This document shows, in pieces, positions 42,788 through 43,638 of a DNA stretch of 43,638 nucleotides. This DNA comes from a virus (lineage: Duplodnaviria; Caudoviricetes), in IMG/VR virus record IMGVR_UViG_3300022897_000005, positions 1-43,638 of that record. The stretch is one strand, 5' to 3'. A program made the position numbers and the translations under genes. Numbering within the stretch: the first letter of the stretch is position 1; every line of letters begins with the position of its first letter. A model generated the notes under the pieces. That model was not told where the DNA came from and ran no database searches. It worked only from the letters and a program-made list of their open reading frames with translations.

Positions 42788-42805
42788 ACCTGAACTATAG
42801 CAGAT

Positions 42806-43159
42806 CTAACCCTGCTGTGCCAACCGGTCGGCCCGCTTCTTGGCCAGCTCATCTGCCTTGCTCGGGACAGCCGCCGGCTTGATCTCCTCTTGCATCTTGG
42901 CCAGCTCGGCCACCACGGCACGCAGGGCCAGGGCCTGCTGACGCGCCTCGGCCAGCGGGGCATTGATCAGGATGGTCACCTCGGACCCGAACTGCCGGCC
43001 CAGCTCAAACCAGTCCTCCGGACCCTTGCCCGTGATCCACTTGTCCAGAGCATCGAGCCGGGCCTTGATCCGCACGGCCTCCTCGGCCAGGGCGCGGGCC
43101 GAGCCCTGGAGCTTGCTCAGTCCCAGCTCTCGCGAGAGCCGGTCGCTGCCCGTGCTCAT
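42806..43159 (-). CDS. terS: Terminase small subunit
   Basis: AVRIKARLDALD...PLAEARQQ...DELAKKRADR, typical of actinophage terS. Confidence 0.75.
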   Translation of the reverse strand: MSTGSDRLSRELGLSKLQGSARALAEEAVRIKARLDALDKWITGKGPEDWFELGRQFGSEVTILINAPLAEARQQALALRAVVAELAKMQEEIKPAAVPSKADELAKKRADRLAQQG

Positions 43160-43581
43160 AGCCGCTTGAGCAGGCCCAGGGCCGGGCCTTCGGTCACGGT
43201 GCGCATGTCCATCTCCCAGCGTTCGCCCACTTTCTGGATCTTGACCTGGAGGGGTGCGCTCCAGTCCTTCAGCTGCTCGATGATCTCGGGGCTGGCCATG
43301 ATCGTGACGCGCTCGCTCGCCTGCTCGGGCTCAGCCGGCGGCGGCGGCGGATTCCAGCCCAATGTCTCCAGCAGGGCCGCCAGTTTGGGCTGAATGTGAA
43401 CCGTCAGATCAGTTGCCTGGGCCGAGACTCGGGGCGGCAGGAGATCCAGGTGCAGAGTGGTGGCCTCGGACACCCCCGCGTCCAGACTGAAGCCTCGGAC
43501 GAGGCCCGAAATGTCCTGGCCATCAATCTTGATCTTGCCTCGGGCACCTGTCCGGCCTACCTCAATCTCCGCATTCGTCAC
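43156..43581 (-). CDS. Hypothetical protein
   Basis: First ORF after the genome end; RBS AGAGG; ATGA-type coupling to terS. Confidence 0.6.
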   Translation of the reverse strand: MTNAEIEVGRTGARGKIKIDGQDISGLVRGFSLDAGVSEATTLHLDLLPPRVSAQATDLTVHIQPKLAALLETLGWNPPPPPAEPEQASERVTIMASPEIIEQLKDWSAPLQVKIQKVGERWEMDMRTVTEGPALGLLKRL

Positions 43582-43638
43582 GCTATGTAACCTCTTGTCC
43601 TTCGGTTTGAGTGGATCTTGGGGGGGATTTTCCGCGAT

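Larger units (their letters stand above)
1..43638. mobile_element. Near-complete tailed (siphovirus-like) actinophage genome, possibly a phage-plasmid
   Basis: Full head-neck-tail-lysis operon plus replication genes and no host housekeeping genes. HNH at the left end and terS near the right end become neighbours on circularisation. Confidence 0.93.

Overview
The window looks like an essentially complete ~43.6 kb, high-GC siphovirus genome of an actinomycete; a mycelial host is inferred. It is probably cos-type, because joining the window ends puts an HNH gene upstream of terS. The minus-strand right arm is an HK97-type morphogenesis and lysis operon: terS, inserted morons, terL, portal, protease, capsid, glycosyltransferase, neck, tail, tape measure, endolysin and holin-like genes. 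The left arm carries replication and recombination genes: Prim-Pol/ATPase with an adjacent inverted-repeat origin candidate, a RecD/Dda-like helicase, an SF2 helicase, a PD-(D/E)XK nuclease, endonuclease VII and a ParB-like protein. I could not recognise an integrase. Three features stand out. (1) A central actinomycete plasmid/AICE-type transfer module (TraB/FtsK-like translocase, SpdA/DUF2637-like membrane protein, membrane-anchored GIY-YIG protein) whose coding sequences are packed with the palindrome TGGCCA, suggesting a phage that may also move by hyphal conjugation. (2) Seventeen copies of a quasi-palindromic promoter/operator motif (AnnTCT-GCTATAGT-AGAnnT), 13 of which sit 6-7 nt before an ATG, implying leaderless genes. 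(3) A ~400 nt non-coding, highly structured region with three degenerate tRNA-like modules. All product calls come from motif recognition by eye; no searches were run.
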